Below are positions 61,454-64,000 of a stretch of 64,000 nt of DNA, piece after piece (within the stretch, counting starts at the first letter, position 1; each line of letters begins with the position of its first letter). The stretch covers positions 32,001 to 96,000 of the forward strand of contig JBBRNJ010000012.1 of NCBI GenBank assembly GCA_038230375.1, written 5' to 3'. The stretch comes from Polyangiales bacterium. Its GTDB lineage: Bacteria > Myxococcota_A > Polyangia > Polyangiales > Polyangiaceae. The notes beneath the pieces were generated by a model, which was given only the letters and a program-made list of their open reading frames with translations, was not told the origin of the DNA and ran no database searches. Made by a program: the position numbers and the translations under genes.

Positions 61454-61893
61454 GAGCCACCGTGAAACTGTCCGCCATCTTCGCGCTCCTGCTCGCCGCG
61501 CAGCTCGGCAGCGCGTGCAAGGACAAACCGGCGGAGGCTCGCTGCGGCTACTGCGGAATGAAGATCGATGCGCAGAGCGCCTGGCGGAGCGAGGTGAAGC
61601 GCCCCGACGGCAAGACCGACCCGTTCGACACGCCGCGATGCGCGTTCGGCTCCGTCACGAAGGGTGACGAGCCCGCCGGCTCCGTGGTGCGCGTCCAGGA
61701 GTTCTACGACCGCACGTGGCAAGACTCCGCGCAGGTGAAGTTCGCCGTCGGCAGCGACGTGACGGGCCCCATGGGTGCCGACCTGGTGCCGCTCCTGCCG
61801 GCCCACGCAGACAAGTTCGCGCACGACCACGCCGCAACCAAGGTGGTCCCAGGCGCCGACGTCAACGCAGCCGTGCTCGCGGAGCTTCGCTGA
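61450..61893 (+). CDS. NosL-family (copper chaperone-like) lipoprotein
   Basis: Lipobox GSAC; CGYCGM, FDTPRC, VGSDV.GPMG.DLVP, F...H. Confidence 0.85.
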   Translation: MRATVKLSAIFALLLAAQLGSACKDKPAEARCGYCGMKIDAQSAWRSEVKRPDGKTDPFDTPRCAFGSVTKGDEPAGSVVRVQEFYDRTWQDSAQVKFAVGSDVTGPMGADLVPLLPAHADKFAHDHAATKVVPGADVNAAVLAELR

Positions 61894-61897
61894 CGGG

Positions 61898-62137
61898 ATG
61901 CGCGACGAGCCGCCCCCGCCACCAGAATCACCACGGCTGCGTCGCGCCATGGAGCTCGTCTACGCCGTGGAGGGCGTCACCGCCGCCCGCATCTGGCACT
62001 GGCCGGGGAAGGTCGCGATCGCCGTGAAGGTGTCGCACGCAAGTACGCCGTCGGAGCTCATCGCGCGCGTCGAGGCGGCCGTGGCGGGCATGCGCGAGCC
62101 AGGCGAGAGCTGGGAGTTCGGGCTGCTCGACGTCTGA
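61898..62137 (+). CDS. Small hypothetical protein
   Basis: ATG 4 nt after the NosL stop; compact alpha/beta pattern (VYAVEGVTAARIW). Confidence 0.6.
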   Translation: MRDEPPPPPESPRLRRAMELVYAVEGVTAARIWHWPGKVAIAVKVSHASTPSELIARVEAAVAGMREPGESWEFGLLDV

Positions 62138-62242
62138 TCGGCCATGCTGTGGCGACCTTCCTGAGCGACACGAACGCCCCTGACATTCGAGTCGTACACG
62201 ATGAATCAGCCTGAAAACAGGCCTTCGCGAGCCCCGGCGCTG

Positions 62243-62258
62243 CGGAACACCGATTGCA
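62243..62258 (+). promoter_or_regulatory. Candidate sigma54 -24/-12 promoter
   Basis: CGGAACACCGATTGCA = GG-N10-GC with TTGCA, just upstream of ATG 62272. Confidence 0.5.
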
Positions 62259-62271
62259 CTTCTGCTTGGCC

Positions 62272-62826
62272 ATGCACCAACGCTCGCTCTCCACGTCTGT
62301 TCGTCGCATCGGGCTCATCGCGGCTGGCGCCCTTGCCCTTCTTGCGCTGACACGAACCGCGCACGCGGAGGACACTGCCATCGGCGAAGGCGGACCGGGC
62401 GCGGCACCCGCAACGACCATCATCACCAGCGAGCCCACGACGCAGGACGCGCCCGCGAAGAAGACCCACCCGCGCTACTGGCTCACGGCGACCGGCGCGA
62501 TCACCTTTGGCGGCGCCTATGTCGCAAACGCAGTCCTCTTTCCGCTTGCCGTGATCGAGCCGCCGGATGGTCCTAGCTCTCCGAGCTCGCTCTGGTACGT
62601 CACCCCCGTGGTGGGACCGTTCGCGCTCGCCGCGAAGCTCTCGCAGTTCGACAACGGGCTCCGACGCTTCGAGTGGATCGACGGATCGCTGCAGACCGTA
62701 GGCCTGGCGATGGTGGCGGCCAGCTTCCTCTTCCCAGTGGAGAACGAGAAGACCGAGAAGCGGGAGACCGCGACCATTCATCCCGTCGTCTCGCCGCGCT
62801 TCGTCGGAGCGACCGGAACCTTCTGA
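62272..62826 (+). CDS. Secreted/membrane hypothetical protein
   Basis: Signal (AHA); PVVGPF and DG..Q..G motifs; C-terminal GATGTF, typical of myxobacterial envelope proteins. Confidence 0.7.
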   Translation: MHQRSLSTSVRRIGLIAAGALALLALTRTAHAEDTAIGEGGPGAAPATTIITSEPTTQDAPAKKTHPRYWLTATGAITFGGAYVANAVLFPLAVIEPPDGPSSPSSLWYVTPVVGPFALAAKLSQFDNGLRRFEWIDGSLQTVGLAMVAASFLFPVENEKTEKRETATIHPVVSPRFVGATGTF

Positions 62827-62828
62827 AC

Positions 62829-63347
62829 TCAGGTCGTGGCGACGGGGGTGGGGCCCATGAAGATGGCTTCGATCTCGTTCTTCACGTGCTCCTCGGTCTG
62901 CTTGCGGGAGATGCCGATCTCCTTGCAGATGAGTCCGCGCGCGGTGTCGAGCATGCGGCGCTCGCCGAATGAGAGCTGCTTCTCCACCTTGAGTCGGTAG
63001 AGATCTCGCATCACCTCTGCCACGTCGTAGATGGAGCCGGTGTCGATCTTCTCCTTGAAGCTCCGATACCGCCTGTTCCACGTCTGCTTGTCGAAGGCGA
63101 TGGTGCGCTCGCGCAGGATGTCGAAGATCTCCTGGATCTCCTCCTCGCTGATGATCTGCCTGAGGCCGCGCTCCTTGGCGCTCGCGACCGGCACCAGGAT
63201 CTTGTGGTCCGTGTTGAGGATCTTCAGCACGTAGAAGCTCTGGCGAGAGCCGCCCAGATCCTTCTCTTCGATGCGGATCACCTCGACGACGCCCTGCGCG
63301 GGGTACACAGCTTTGTCTCCGACCGCGAACTCAGGCTTTGTCGTCAT
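62829..63347 (-). CDS. cdnL: CarD/CdnL family RNA polymerase-binding transcription factor
   Basis: FAVGDKAVYPAQGV, ILVPV, GLR, QTWNRRYR, LSFGERRML; no HMGA domain. Confidence 0.9.
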   Translation of the reverse strand: MTTKPEFAVGDKAVYPAQGVVEVIRIEEKDLGGSRQSFYVLKILNTDHKILVPVASAKERGLRQIISEEEIQEIFDILRERTIAFDKQTWNRRYRSFKEKIDTGSIYDVAEVMRDLYRLKVEKQLSFGERRMLDTARGLICKEIGISRKQTEEHVKNEIEAIFMGPTPVATT

Positions 63348-63361
63348 CAACTGGACCACGG

Positions 63362-63390
63362 AGAATATGCGGAGCGACGGACAACGTCAA
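63362..63390 (-). promoter_or_regulatory. Primary-sigma (sigma70-type) promoter of cdnL
   Basis: Minus strand TTGACG-17 nt-TATTCT. Confidence 0.7.
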
Positions 63391-63400
63391 CGACGGGGCA

Positions 63401-64000
63401 TCATCGACAGGAGGGCCGGTTGCACGAGTCCGTCTGCGGTCCCACGACCCACGTGCCGTAACCACACGTGGTGTACGGGCCCAGCGAGAGCCCGTTGCAC
63501 GAGTCGTAGCCGCAGACAACGGTGTTGTCCGTGCACGCCGTGCCGAGGCGCGCGCGCTCCGGTGTACACGTCGGAGACGTGGTGACTGCACCGCCATCCA
63601 CGAATGCTGCCGGCACGCTGGACCACGCGCGGCACATCCACTGGTCCAGCTGCGGGCTGCCGTCGTAGTCGTCGCAGGTGATGCAGCCGCAGCGGCCCTC
63701 TACGTAGTCGCAGGTGCCCTTTGATGGACACGCTGCGTCCGTTTGCTCGCCGTAACCTGTGGGGCAATCGCCAGGCTGAAGGCCACAGCTCACGTCCGGG
63801 AGCGCGACGTGCCATGCGATCACACCGCCTGTCTTCGCCAGCACGTCGCAATGGGTCTTCGTGGTGCAGAGCGAGTGCGCGCCGCCGTCGCCGTACTCGC
63901 ACCAGAGGCCTGGTTCGTCGCAGGGTTGCGCCATCGCGGGAATGGCCACGGGGCAGCCCGCGTCTCCGCGCACGAAGAGATCTCGCGCGTCCACACCGCC
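63401..64000 (-). CDS. Cys-rich secreted-type protein, 5' end outside the window
   Basis: Repeated CP...C...C.Y...C.C...W modules; the frame is open to the window edge. Confidence 0.65.
   Translation of the reverse strand, partial: GGVDARDLFVRGDAGCPVAIPAMAQPCDEPGLWCEYGDGGAHSLCTTKTHCDVLAKTGGVIAWHVALPDVSCGLQPGDCPTGYGEQTDAACPSKGTCDYVEGRCGCITCDDYDGSPQLDQWMCRAWSSVPAAFVDGGAVTTSPTCTPERARLGTACTDNTVVCGYDSCNGLSLGPYTTCGYGTWVVGPQTDSCNRPSCR

Noticed and set aside
59724..61893. Nitrous oxide reduction (nos) cluster
   Set aside because: Only a NosL-like gene is present; there is no nosZ, nosD, nosY or nosR in the window.

Overview
A GC-rich, densely coding chromosomal segment. The gene content (PEGA proteins, Ser/Thr kinases, an FHA-sigma54 activator, a MYXO-CTERM-like tail, many Cys-rich lipoproteins, CdnL) points to a myxobacterium, most likely Polyangiales-like; this is inference. 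About 50 genes are supported. Housekeeping genes are pyrH, pccB-type carboxyltransferase, tsaD, tlyA, mqnD, cinA, rpe and cdnL, interspersed with many uncharacterised envelope and signalling proteins. I saw no rRNA, tRNA, CRISPR array, transposase or phage genes. The most interesting candidates are: (1) an ABC ATPase, a Cys-motif membrane protein and a NosL lipoprotein with no nosZ; (2) a tandem pair of giant DUF3857/transglutaminase-like paralogs, one with an intact triad and one catalytically dead, followed by a lipoprotein-ferritin-like fusion; (3) two tandem micro-lipoproteins sharing C-x-INPQPLPP; (4) a window-wide signature of leaderless and bidirectional -10 promoters; (5) a pervasive D-[AGS]-G motif in exported proteins; (6) several pseudo-enzyme signalling fusions. 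All family assignments come from reading motifs by eye, with no database searches. Several start codons were moved downstream of the ORF-track starts.
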